Under the pieces are notes generated by a model. It ran no database searches and had not been told where the DNA came from. It saw only the letters and a list, made by a program, of their open reading frames with translations. A DNA stretch of 64,000 nucleotides from an uncultured virus (IMG/VR IMGVR_UViG_3300025120_000022) (taxonomy: Duplodnaviria; Heunggongvirae; Uroviricota; Caudoviricetes), in the IMG/VR virus record IMGVR_UViG_3300025120_000022; one strand, 5' to 3'. The position numbers and the translations under genes are program-made. Within the stretch, counting starts at the first letter, position 1; each line of letters begins with the position of its first letter. This document shows, piece by piece, positions 37,716-46,645 of the stretch.

Positions 37716-40012
37716 CCAATGGTACAAAGGTTCAGAAGCGTAATGGAAATGTTGAACCCCTGAATTTAGATAAGATCCACATCATGGTAGAACAAGCATG
37801 TGAAGGACTTGCTGGTGTGTCTGCTTCTCAGGTAGAGATCCAATCTGGTATTCAGTTCTACGATGGTATCACTACATGGGAGATCCAGGAGATCCTTGTA
37901 AGGTCTGCTTCTGACCTGATTAATCTAGATAATCCCAACTACCAGTTCGTTGCTGCTAGACTGCTTTTGTTCGGTCTGTATAAGCAAGTTTTTGGTGCTG
38001 ATTGGAATCAGGGATTTCCTCATGTGCAGGAGCATCTTGTGATCGGTGCCCAAAGAGGAATCTACGATCAGGAACTCACTGACTCATATACAGATGAAGA
38101 GTGGGGCAAGATTAATTCTTGGATTGATCATGAACGAGACATCACATTTACATATGCTGGATTGCGGCAGGTTGTGGATAAATACCTAGTGCAGGATAGA
38201 AGCAGTGGTGTTTTGTATGAGACTCCTCAGTACATGTATATGTTAATTTCTGCAACTATATTTTCCGATTATCCTAAAGATACTAGATTAGATTACGTAC
38301 ACAGGTATTATAATGCAATCTCAAGACACAAGATCAACATCCCAACACCAATCATGGCAGGAGTGCGAACACCACTTCGACAATTTGCTTCTTGTGTGCT
38401 TGTTGATGTTGATGACTCCCTCGATAGTATCTTTAGTTCTGATATGGCTATCGGCAGATATGTTGCACAGAGGGCGGGTATCGGTATCAACGCAGGCAGA
38501 ATCCGTGGCATCAACAGTAAGATCAGAGGTGGAGAAGTACAACACACAGGTGTTGTCCCGTTCCTTAAAAAGTTTGAATCAACTGTACGATGTTGCACTC
38601 AGAATGGGATTCGTGGTGGTTCCGCAACAGTCCACTTCCCAATCTGGCACATCGAAATCGAAGACATCCTAGTTCTTAAGAACAATAAAGGAACAGAAGA
38701 CAACCGAGTGAGGAAACTTGACTACTCAATCCAACTTTCAAAGATTTTCTACGAACGTTTCATTACGGATGCAGAAATTAGCCTGTTCTCACCGCATGAC
38801 GTACCGGGCTTATATGATTCCTTTGGTACTGACGGGTTCGATGATTTATATACTGCTTTTGAACGAGATGAGTCTATTCCAAGGAAGACTATCGGAGGAC
38901 AAGAACTATTCCTGAACTTGCTCAAGGAACGTGCAGAGACTGGTCGAATCTATATCATGAACATCGACCACTGCAATACTCACTCTTCATTTAAAGATAA
39001 AATTGAGATGAGTAACCTGTGTCAGGAAATCACCCTGCCTACCAAACCATTGAATCACATTGATGGTGATGGTGAAATTGCTCTGTGTATTCTGTCTGCT
39101 GTCAACATCGGTAAGGTCAATAAACTGACTGAACTGGAAGAACTCTGTGATCTTGCAGTCCGTGGTCTGGATGAATTGATTGATTATCAGCAGTATCCTA
39201 TCAAGGCAGCAGAAGTTGCAACTAAGAATCGTAGATCCCTAGGAGTGGGTTACATCGGACTTGCACACTACCTTGCGAAGAACGGACACAAGTATGATTC
39301 ACAAGATGCCTGGGACGATATTCATAGACTTACAGAGGCGTTCCAATACTATCTCCTAAGATCTTCTAACAAACTTGCAGAAGAGAAGGGTGCTTGCGGT
39401 TATTTCTTCCGCACTAAATATGCAGATGGTATCCTTCCAATCGATACATACAAGACCGATGTAGACGAAATTTCTAATCCTGGATATGATTATGACTGGG
39501 AAGAACTACGACGAGATATTATGGAGAAAGGTTTACGGAACTCCACCTTGTCTGCTCAGATGCCATCAGAGAGCAGTTCCGTTGTGTCAAACGCAACAAA
39601 TGGAATCGAGCCACCTAGAGGGTATCTGTCCATTAAGAAATCGAAAAAGGGACCGCTTAAACAGATTGTTCCAGGTTATCAATACCTCAAAAACAATTAT
39701 ACTCTTCTGTGGGATATGCTTGATAACACTGGGTATATTAATGTTGTTTCGGTGATACAAAAGTTCTTCGACCAAGCAATCAGCGGCAATTGGAGTTATA
39801 ATCCTAAGAACTACCCTGACAATGAGGTTCCTGTTTCTGAAATGGCACAAGATCTATTGAGAACATACAAGTATGGTTGGAAGACTAGTTACTATCAGAA
39901 CACATATGACTTCAAGTCTGATGAGAATATTGAAGATTTCAAATCCCTAGATATTCTTGTAGGTGAATTAGAAGGAGCGGAGGAAGAGGATTGCGAGAGT
40001 TGCAAAATTTAA
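37712..40012 (+). CDS. nrdA: Ribonucleotide reductase class Ia alpha subunit
   Basis: ATP cone, PTPIMAG, SNLCQEI, QMPSESSS, C-terminal CESCKI. Confidence 0.97.
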   Translation: MTNGTKVQKRNGNVEPLNLDKIHIMVEQACEGLAGVSASQVEIQSGIQFYDGITTWEIQEILVRSASDLINLDNPNYQFVAARLLLFGLYKQVFGADWNQGFPHVQEHLVIGAQRGIYDQELTDSYTDEEWGKINSWIDHERDITFTYAGLRQVVDKYLVQDRSSGVLYETPQYMYMLISATIFSDYPKDTRLDYVHRYYNAISRHKINIPTPIMAGVRTPLRQFASCVLVDVDDSLDSIFSSDMAIGRYVAQRAGIGINAGRIRGINSKIRGGEVQHTGVVPFLKKFESTVRCCTQNGIRGGSATVHFPIWHIEIEDILVLKNNKGTEDNRVRKLDYSIQLSKIFYERFITDAEISLFSPHDVPGLYDSFGTDGFDDLYTAFERDESIPRKTIGGQELFLNLLKERAETGRIYIMNIDHCNTHSSFKDKIEMSNLCQEITLPTKPLNHIDGDGEIALCILSAVNIGKVNKLTELEELCDLAVRGLDELIDYQQYPIKAAEVATKNRRSLGVGYIGLAHYLAKNGHKYDSQDAWDDIHRLTEAFQYYLLRSSNKLAEEKGACGYFFRTKYADGILPIDTYKTDVDEISNPGYDYDWEELRRDIMEKGLRNSTLSAQMPSESSSVVSNATNGIEPPRGYLSIKKSKKGPLKQIVPGYQYLKNNYTLLWDMLDNTGYINVVSVIQKFFDQAISGNWSYNPKNYPDNEVPVSEMAQDLLRTYKYGWKTSYYQNTYDFKSDENIEDFKSLDILVGELEGAEEEDCESCKI

Positions 40013-40014
40013 AA

Positions 40015-41193
40015 ATGAAAGAATACAAGTTTACTACAACGGAGAAAGATCATATGGAAGGCATGACCGTCTTCAATGCTGAGAAGGTAGATACTAGAAA
40101 GCAACCAATGTTCTTCGGTAAACCTCTTGGGGTTCAGAGATACGATCTTTACAAATATCCAATATTTGACAAACTGACTCAGCAGCAGTTGGGATACTTC
40201 TGGAGACCTGAAGAGGTTTCTCTCCAGAAGGACAGAGCAGATTATGCTAACTTGCGTCCAGAGCAGAAGCACATCTTCACTTCTAATCTTAAGTATCAGA
40301 TTCTTCTTGATTCAGTTCAGGGTCGTGGTCCTAGTATGGCGTTTATGCCTTACTGTTCCCTCCCTGAACTTGAAGCATGTATGGAAGTGTGGGGATTCAT
40401 GGAGATGATCCATAGTCGTTCCTATACCTACATCATCAAGAATGTCTACCCAGATGCCTCTGAGGTCTTTGATAAGATCTTGGATGACGAGAAGATTATA
40501 GAACGTGCTAAGAGCGTCACAGAGGCATATGACGACTTTATCAACGCTGCCCAGAGATGGGGTGCGAGTGGTATGTGGAGCACTGACTGGAAAGACTCCC
40601 CCAATATGGAAGTGGAGCGTAAGGAACTGAAGCGTAAACTATATCGTGCAGTTACTAACGTCAATATCCTTGAGGGTATTCGTTTTTATGTCTCGTTTGC
40701 ATGCTCGTTTGCATTCGGTGAACTGAAACTTATGGAAGGTTCAGCAAAGATTATCTCACTGATTGCTCGTGATGAGAACCAGCACCTTGCACTGACTCAG
40801 AATATTTTGAACAAGTGGAAGCAAGGTGATGATCCAGAGATGGAAGAGATTGCTAGAGAAGAGCAGGAGCATACAATTAATATGTTCCGTAAGACAGTTG
40901 ATGAAGAGAAAGCATGGGCAGAGTATCTGTTCAGAGATGGATCTATGATCGGTCTGAATGATAAACTACTGCATCAGTATGTTGAATGGATTGCAAACCG
41001 TAGAATGAAATCAATCGGCATTAAACCTATCTATGACATACCCGCAAAGAATAACCCACTCCCCTGGACGGAACATTGGATTTCGTCGAAGGGTCTTCAG
41101 GTCGCTCCTCAGGAGACTGAGGTTGAGTCTTATATCGTCGGAGGTATCAAACAAGATGTCAAAAAAGACACATTCTCTGGATTCAAACTTTGA
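40015..41193 (+). CDS. nrdB: Ribonucleotide reductase class Ia beta subunit
   Basis: FWRPEEV, EMIHSRSY, LEGIRFYVSF, RDENQH, PQETEVESY. Confidence 0.97.
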   Translation: MKEYKFTTTEKDHMEGMTVFNAEKVDTRKQPMFFGKPLGVQRYDLYKYPIFDKLTQQQLGYFWRPEEVSLQKDRADYANLRPEQKHIFTSNLKYQILLDSVQGRGPSMAFMPYCSLPELEACMEVWGFMEMIHSRSYTYIIKNVYPDASEVFDKILDDEKIIERAKSVTEAYDDFINAAQRWGASGMWSTDWKDSPNMEVERKELKRKLYRAVTNVNILEGIRFYVSFACSFAFGELKLMEGSAKIISLIARDENQHLALTQNILNKWKQGDDPEMEEIAREEQEHTINMFRKTVDEEKAWAEYLFRDGSMIGLNDKLLHQYVEWIANRRMKSIGIKPIYDIPAKNNPLPWTEHWISSKGLQVAPQETEVESYIVGGIKQDVKKDTFSGFKL

Positions 41194-41344
41194 CCTTAAA
41201 AGGGTCTGGGAGGAGATGGAAGAGATAGAACCTCTAACACCACCACTTATCTCCACAAAAGACTCCTTGCAGGCGTATAAAGACGCTGCAGAAATGGATA
41301 GTTATATCTTCGGAGACTACGACGCCACAGACGCATACAAGAGC

Positions 41345-41370
41345 AAAGAGTCCTAAGGGACTCTTTTTTT
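41345..41370 (+). terminator. Intrinsic terminator downstream of nrdB
   Basis: AAAGAGTCC-TAAG-GGACTCTTT plus T-run. Confidence 0.85.
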
Positions 41371-41372
41371 AT

Positions 41373-41424
41373 GGCTTGACAAGACTTCAATATCTGTGTA
41401 GAATAACTCTGTTAGGGTTCATAG
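41373..41424 (+). repeat. 52-bp repeat copy B: plus-strand sigma70-like promoter plus leader
   Basis: GGCTTGACA-17nt-TAGAAT-AACTCTGTTAGGGTTCATAG; inverted copy at 6910-6961. Confidence 0.9.
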
Positions 41425-41457
41425 ATAACTAGTATATAAAGCTACTATGAATACTTA

Positions 41458-41799
41458 ATGAAACCTCAGAGTGCGAAAGCAAAGGGTAGAAACTTACAAA
41501 AGTGGGTAGTACAACAACTCATTGAAACTTTTGATATACATCCAGAAGACATCAAGTCCTGTTCCATGGGAGCTGGTGGCGAGGATGTACAGATGGCACG
41601 ATCTGCAAGAGAAAAATTTCCTTATAGCGTGGAATGTAAGAACGTAGAGAAACTCAATATATGGGATGCTTATGATCAAGCAAAAGCAAATTGTGGAAAT
41701 TATGAACCAATAGTTGTCATGAAAAAGAATGGTAAGCAACCATTAGTTGTTATTGATGCTAAATCCTTTATTGAACTAAATAAAGAAAAGAATTCGTAA
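41458..41799 (+). CDS. PD-(D/E)XK nuclease, Holliday-junction-resolvase-like
   Basis: SAKAKGR..Q, MGAGGED, SVECKN, AYDQA. Confidence 0.7.
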   Translation: MKPQSAKAKGRNLQKWVVQQLIETFDIHPEDIKSCSMGAGGEDVQMARSAREKFPYSVECKNVEKLNIWDAYDQAKANCGNYEPIVVMKKNGKQPLVVIDAKSFIELNKEKNS

Positions 41800-41801
41800 C
41801 A

Positions 41802-41960
41802 ATGAAACCCACACCTAAGGAATTGCAAGAACATAATAAGTACTATAAGCAAGTAGTAGAGCATCTTATCGCTGAGGGTTATACAGCAGACAGAGACGGT
41901 GCTGAAAGCATTATCAATGGAATGAGTGAAGAATGGTACAGTCTAATCGTCAAGCAGTAA
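41802..41960 (+). CDS. Small late hypothetical protein
   Basis: HLIAEGY...AESIINGMSEEW; CTAAATA upstream. Confidence 0.55.
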   Translation: MKPTPKELQEHNKYYKQVVEHLIAEGYTADRDGAESIINGMSEEWYSLIVKQ

Positions 41961-42066
41961 TCAGAGGCATTCTGATGGGTGTTCTATTTTGGAGCACCTT
42001 AATATGTCTGATAACTTTGCCCTTGACTCCTCCAGATAGACCTGGTATAATAATGGAGTCTCACAA

Positions 42067-42138
42067 GGGCTCATAGTTAAACGGATATAACTACGCTCTT
42101 CTAAAGCGTTATTCTAGGTTCGATTCCTAGTGAGCCTG
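42067..42138 (+). tRNA. tRNA-Arg(UCU)
   Basis: GGGCTCA/TGAGCCT acceptor, ACGCT-CTTCTAA-AGCGT, TTCGATT T-loop; TTGACT-17-TATAAT promoter at 42023-42051. Confidence 0.92.
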
Positions 42139-42155
42139 TTATTCTATATGAACTC

Positions 42156-42623
42156 ATGAATTCGATTCAGCCTTACTCGACTGTTCTGGTTCTGAATAGT
42201 TCTTATGAACCTCTTCATTTTACAAATTGGAAGAGGGCAGTTGTTCTCCTGTATAAAGAGAAAGCAAAAGTAATTTCAAAGACAGTAATACGTCTGGTGA
42301 ATTATGTTATTATACCTTTTCGTCGTATGAATAATTTGTATCCTACTCGGAGTTTGATTTACAAGAGAGACAAGAATAAGTGTCAGTATTGTGGAGCAAC
42401 TAAAAAACTCACAATTGACCATGTACTTCCTAAGTCCAAAGGTGGGGAAGATACTTGGGAGAATTTGGTAGTTGCTTGTTCATCTTGTAATGTTAAGAAG
42501 GGAGATAAGTTACTAGAACAGACTGGTATGAAACTTGCAAAGACTCCTCGTGCTCCGGTTAGCAAGATTCTAATGGACCTGGAGAATACCAGCAATCAAG
42601 AATGGATTGATTACGTCTATTGA
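42156..42623 (+). CDS. HNH endonuclease
   Basis: RD...CQYCG, TIDHVLPKSKGG, WENLVVACSSCNVKK. Confidence 0.9.
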   Translation: MNSIQPYSTVLVLNSSYEPLHFTNWKRAVVLLYKEKAKVISKTVIRLVNYVIIPFRRMNNLYPTRSLIYKRDKNKCQYCGATKKLTIDHVLPKSKGGEDTWENLVVACSSCNVKKGDKLLEQTGMKLAKTPRAPVSKILMDLENTSNQEWIDYVY

Positions 42624-42657
42624 CGGCAAACCACGAATGTGTTATCATATTCATGTT

Positions 42658-42728
42658 GCGAGATTAGTTTAGAGGCAAAACTAAAGGTTTCCAACCTTTC
42701 GTCACCGGTTCGATTCCGGTATCTCGCT
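42658..42728 (+). tRNA. tRNA-Gly(UCC)
   Basis: GCGAGAT/ATCTCGC acceptor, AAAGG-TTTCCAA-CCTTT; TTGACG-17-TATCAT promoter at 42620-42648. Confidence 0.9.
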
Positions 42729-42765
42729 TTCCCTTAAGGGACAATTAACCTTCGGCAATCTACGA

Positions 42766-42996
42766 ATGGCACTTTCACAGAACACTCTTGATAATCTGTT
42801 GGAGGCAGAATCACATATTAGAGCAGCAATTAAGTCTGCTGCAGTAAATGAGAAACCTCTGGTGGTCAAGCAATTATCAGAAATCCTTATGAATATGGAG
42901 CAAACTAAAAAGTTTGACGAGATCATGGATATGATAGACAATAGAAAACCAGGCAGCAGCGGTCAATTCGGTTTATTTTTCAACGATGAAGATTAA
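42766..42996 (+). CDS. Hypothetical protein
   Basis: ORF at the head of the gene run leading to pstS. Confidence 0.6.
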   Translation: MALSQNTLDNLLEAESHIRAAIKSAAVNEKPLVVKQLSEILMNMEQTKKFDEIMDMIDNRKPGSSGQFGLFFNDED

Positions 42997-43195
42997 TCTT
43001 TGGTATTCTAAAAGTATGAGTCAATGGAGATGGACTCTTTGTGAAGAATTTAAAAATGGTGTTACAAAAGTAGAGCAGCATGCTGGACAACAGCAAGAAT
43101 TGAGAGACGCAATGAACGATGTGGCAAATACTGTTGAATATCTTCTTGATGTAAAAGACGAAGATAAACTTAAAACTAAAATTAATTGGAAGTAA
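42986..43195 (+). CDS. Conserved cyanophage protein directly upstream of pstS
   Basis: MKINLWY..QWRWTL..LRDAMNDVANTVEY. Confidence 0.6.
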   Translation: MKINLWYSKSMSQWRWTLCEEFKNGVTKVEQHAGQQQELRDAMNDVANTVEYLLDVKDEDKLKTKINWK

Positions 43196-44158
43196 ATGAA
43201 ACTTAAAACTATTGCAGTACTTGTTACTACCACTTCATTGGTTTTAGCGTGTGGTTCTGTAGACAAAACTACATTCAAACTAAATGGAGCAGGTGCTACA
43301 TTCCCTTCCCCATTATATCAATCATGGTTTGCTGGTTTCAGTAGGGAGACTGGCAATCAAGTAAATTATCAAGCAGTTGGTAGTGGTTCTGGTGTTCGTC
43401 AGTTCACTGCTCAAACTATTGACTTTGGTGCCAGTGATGGTGCTGTGAGTGATGAGAAGCAGAAGATTCCAATGGTCCACATTCCTATGACTGGTGGTGC
43501 TATTGTTCCTGCTTACAACTATCCTGGTTGTAAAGTCAAGATGACACAGACACAACTTGCTGATGTATATCTTGGTAAGATTACTAACTGGTCTATCTTT
43601 GGATGTGAGGATAAAACTATTGTTCCCGTATTCCGTTCTGATGGTAGTGGCACCACAAAAGGTTTCACTAACTCTCTGTCGGCATTCTCTCCTGAGTGGA
43701 AAGAGAATGTCGGCACTGGTAAGGCAGTGAAGTGGCCTGCTGGTATTGGTGGTAAAGGTAACAGTGGCGTTGCTGCTAGTATCAAACAACTTGAAGGTGC
43801 CATTGGTTATCTGAACTATGGTTATGTTGTTAACAGTGACTTCCAACAGGTTGCACTACAAAATAAAGCAGGTAACTATGTCACAGCAAATGCTGAAACA
43901 TCTGCGGTAGGTCTATCAAGGATCGTCCTTGACGATCAACTTCGTGGTGCTGACGCTAACCCTGCTGGCGCTAATGCGTATCCTATTGTCTCCCTTACTT
44001 GGATCATAGCATACCCTGAGTCTAAGACTGGTGTGAAGGAAACTCTTCGTTATATGTTGAGTGAGAAATCACAGGCAATGTCTGATAGTCTTGGTTATGT
44101 TCCTCTTCCAGAGAATATTCGTCAGAAAGCACTTGCTGCTGTCGAAACCATTAATTGA
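43196..44158 (+). CDS. pstS: Phosphate ABC transporter substrate-binding protein PstS
   Basis: Lipobox LAC, GAGATFP, GSGSG, DFGASD, RSDGSGTT, YPI. Confidence 0.95.
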   Translation: MKLKTIAVLVTTTSLVLACGSVDKTTFKLNGAGATFPSPLYQSWFAGFSRETGNQVNYQAVGSGSGVRQFTAQTIDFGASDGAVSDEKQKIPMVHIPMTGGAIVPAYNYPGCKVKMTQTQLADVYLGKITNWSIFGCEDKTIVPVFRSDGSGTTKGFTNSLSAFSPEWKENVGTGKAVKWPAGIGGKGNSGVAASIKQLEGAIGYLNYGYVVNSDFQQVALQNKAGNYVTANAETSAVGLSRIVLDDQLRGADANPAGANAYPIVSLTWIIAYPESKTGVKETLRYMLSEKSQAMSDSLGYVPLPENIRQKALAAVETIN

Positions 44159-44299
44159 TTCAATGGAAATGTGGAAAACAAAATGCAGCAGTTGTGGTAA
44201 AATGACTGCTGCTAATGAGTGTCCCCAAGTGGGACATCAAGACCCTGATGGTAAATGGGTCAATTCATTATGTAAATCCTGTTGGAATAAGAAAAACAA

Positions 44300-44372
44300 T
44301 CCTCTATAGCTCAGTTGGTAGAGCAGGTGACTGTTAATCACCCTGTCCCTGGTTCGAGTCCAGGTGGAGGAG
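44300..44372 (+). tRNA. tRNA-Asn(GUU)
   Basis: Canonical cloverleaf, GGTGA-CTGTTAA-TCACC. Confidence 0.95.
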
Positions 44373-44375
44373 TTA

Positions 44376-44447
44376 GCTCGAATAGCTCAGCGGAAGAGCA
44401 CCTCCTTTACACGGAGATTGTCGGGGGTTCGATCCCCTCTTCGAGCA
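44376..44447 (+). tRNA. tRNA-Val(UAC)
   Basis: GCTCGAA/TTCGAGC acceptor, CTCC-TTTACAC-GGAG. Confidence 0.92.
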
Positions 44448-44490
44448 TTCATATATAATTTGCTTTTGGGGATACAATTAGTAGAGTACA

Positions 44491-44736
44491 ATGTTAAAAG
44501 TACAATGTAAAGAGTGTGGTAATGAATTGGTTGCAAGGGGTTTTAGGGCAGTGTGCTGTGGATGTCCTAATATGACTACAATTAACGGAGATAAGATCTC
44601 AGCAAATGATTTATCTAAAGTTCTTATGATTGATAATGGTCAGGAAAAGAAAACAAAATTAACGTCATCCGACATGGAATGGCAAGAATCTAGGAGAAAA
44701 CGTAAGATTCGGCGGTTAGATTTCGATATTCGTTAG
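44491..44736 (+). CDS. Small zinc-finger-like conserved phage protein
   Basis: CKEC...CCGCPN; basic tail RRKRKIRRLDF. Confidence 0.65.
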   Translation: MLKVQCKECGNELVARGFRAVCCGCPNMTTINGDKISANDLSKVLMIDNGQEKKTKLTSSDMEWQESRRKRKIRRLDFDIR

Positions 44737-44809
44737 CATTTCTATATGGCAAATTCTAAATACTTACTATTGTAATGGAGAAAAAGCAAACCTTACAGAG
44801 GAGATAGTA

Positions 44810-44965
44810 ATGCATCCCGATGAATTATCAAATTGGGCAAAGATCAAAGAGGTATTTGAAGCAGAAGGCACTACAGACAACTACTACTATAAACGAGCTT
44901 GTGCTATAGTAGGAGGACAACCAGATCCAATGAGTAGTTTGCCTAATGTCTCACAGGATGAGTGA
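44810..44965 (+). CDS. Small hypothetical protein
   Basis: MHPDELSNWAKIKE...YYKRACAI with GAGGAG SD. Confidence 0.6.
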   Translation: MHPDELSNWAKIKEVFEAEGTTDNYYYKRACAIVGGQPDPMSSLPNVSQDE

Positions 44966-45161
44966 AATAAAACCAGACCACTACATAACACGACAACAAT
45001 GCCAGGAGATGATTGACGATGCAATACGAAAGCATAATCGTAACGCTGGAATTATCTCTATGTGTGTTGGTTGGGTTGTTCTCTCACTTTTTGCTGAAGG
45101 TTTACTTCGACTTATTGGAGTAATTCCACCTATTTTTCCTTGGTTGTCTATTCAACTATGA
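44946..45161 (+). CDS. Small membrane protein
   Basis: IDDAIRKHNRNA plus a hydrophobic C-terminal half. Confidence 0.65.
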   Translation: MSHRMSEIKPDHYITRQQCQEMIDDAIRKHNRNAGIISMCVGWVVLSLFAEGLLRLIGVIPPIFPWLSIQL

Positions 45162-46615
45162 AACCACAGGTCATGCCCGAGCGTCCTGATCGGATGGAAG
45201 AAGCTTGTGGAGTGTTTGCCGTTTTGGCGCATGAGCAACCGGTCGCCAACTTGGCGTATTTCGGTCTTTATGCCCTGCAGCATCGCGGACAGGAATCAGC
45301 TGGTATCGCTGTGTTCAACCAGGACAAGGTTCTCCTACACAAAGATATGGGACTGGTGAGTCAGGTGTTCGATCAGGACGTTTTGGTTCGGATGCCTGGT
45401 GATTTGTCGATCGGTCACAACCGTTATTCGACAACGGGCAGTAGTAGTGTGTGCAATACCCAACCGGTGGTGTTGATGACCCGCCTTGGCGCGTTTGCCC
45501 TCGCCCACAACGGCAATTTGGTGAATGCGAAAGAGTTGCGTGTGCTGGTGGATGACGGAAAAACTGAATTCACCTCCACCACTGATTCAGAACTGATCGC
45601 CTTTGCGGTGCAGCAATCCGTTAATCGAGGATTGGATTGGCGTTCTGGTATCGAAGCTGCGCTCAAACTCTGTCAGGGGGCATTCAGTTTGGTGATCGGC
45701 ACCCCCGCAGGTTTGTTTGCGATCCGTGATGGTTATGGCATTCGCCCTTTGGTGTTCGGTTTTCTTGGGGAGCAAAGTCTTGGCCATTGGGTTGTGAGCA
45801 GTGAAACCTGTGGTTTGGAGATCATTGGATCCCGCTATGTGGATGATGTGCAACCCGGCGAGTTAGTGCATTTTGAACTAGGTTCATCTGATCCATATCG
45901 CAAGCGTTGGATTGAGGAACCGAATCGACTTTGCGTGTTTGAAATGATTTATTTCGCACGTCCAGACAGTCGTTTCTTTGGTGAATCGTTGTACATCTAT
46001 CGGCAACGTATTGGTCGTGCGCTTGCGAAAGAATCCGCTGTGGATGCTGATTTGGTGATTGGGGTTCCTGATTCAGGAATTCCTGCTGCGATTGGTTTTT
46101 CTCATGAGAGCGGCATTCCTTATGCTGACGGTCTGATTAAGAACCGGTATGTAGGACGCACTTTTATTCAACCAACACAAGCGATGCGTGAAGCAGGTAT
46201 TCGCGTGAAGTTGAATCCCCTGCCTGATGTGCTTTCTGGTAAGCGCATCATCGTGATTGATGACTCGATTGTGCGGGGAACCACCAGTGGAAAACTCGTT
46301 GTTGCGTTGCGGGATGCGGGGGCAACAGAGGTGCATATGCGGATTAGTTCACCACCGGTGACCCACCCATGTTTTTACGGGATTGATACCGATACCCAGG
46401 ATCAATTGATCGCCTCTCGTCTCACCCTGGAGGAAATCAAGAACCATCTCAAAGTGGACTCTTTGGCATACCTCAGCAAAGAGGGAATGATCGAAGCAGC
46501 AAAGGCAGAGTCTGGAAATTTCTGTAGTGCTTGTTTCGATGGGAACTATCCCATTCCGATGGATCAGGAATTGCTGTCCAGCAAATTAACAGGAGGAATC
46601 CATACATTAATTTAA
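45158..46615 (+). CDS. purF: Amidophosphoribosyltransferase (glutamine-PRPP amidotransferase)
   Basis: Propeptide-EEACG, LQHRGQESAG, HNRYST, HNGNL, CVFEMIYFARPDS, DDSIVRGTT, PCFYGID, FCSACF. Confidence 0.97.
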   Translation: MKPQVMPERPDRMEEACGVFAVLAHEQPVANLAYFGLYALQHRGQESAGIAVFNQDKVLLHKDMGLVSQVFDQDVLVRMPGDLSIGHNRYSTTGSSSVCNTQPVVLMTRLGAFALAHNGNLVNAKELRVLVDDGKTEFTSTTDSELIAFAVQQSVNRGLDWRSGIEAALKLCQGAFSLVIGTPAGLFAIRDGYGIRPLVFGFLGEQSLGHWVVSSETCGLEIIGSRYVDDVQPGELVHFELGSSDPYRKRWIEEPNRLCVFEMIYFARPDSRFFGESLYIYRQRIGRALAKESAVDADLVIGVPDSGIPAAIGFSHESGIPYADGLIKNRYVGRTFIQPTQAMREAGIRVKLNPLPDVLSGKRIIVIDDSIVRGTTSGKLVVALRDAGATEVHMRISSPPVTHPCFYGIDTDTQDQLIASRLTLEEIKNHLKVDSLAYLSKEGMIEAAKAESGNFCSACFDGNYPIPMDQELLSSKLTGGIHTLI

Positions 46616-46645
46616 CCATACATAAATTGCTATTCAGGAGAAAAA

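Noticed and set aside
21354..41193. Introns or inteins in g43, uvsX, g41, nrdA or nrdB
   Set aside because: All are uninterrupted ORFs of ordinary length with no intein-like insertions.
43168..43210. Pho box directly at the pstS start
   Set aside because: The TTAA units are not at 11-bp spacing and lie in AT-rich coding sequence.
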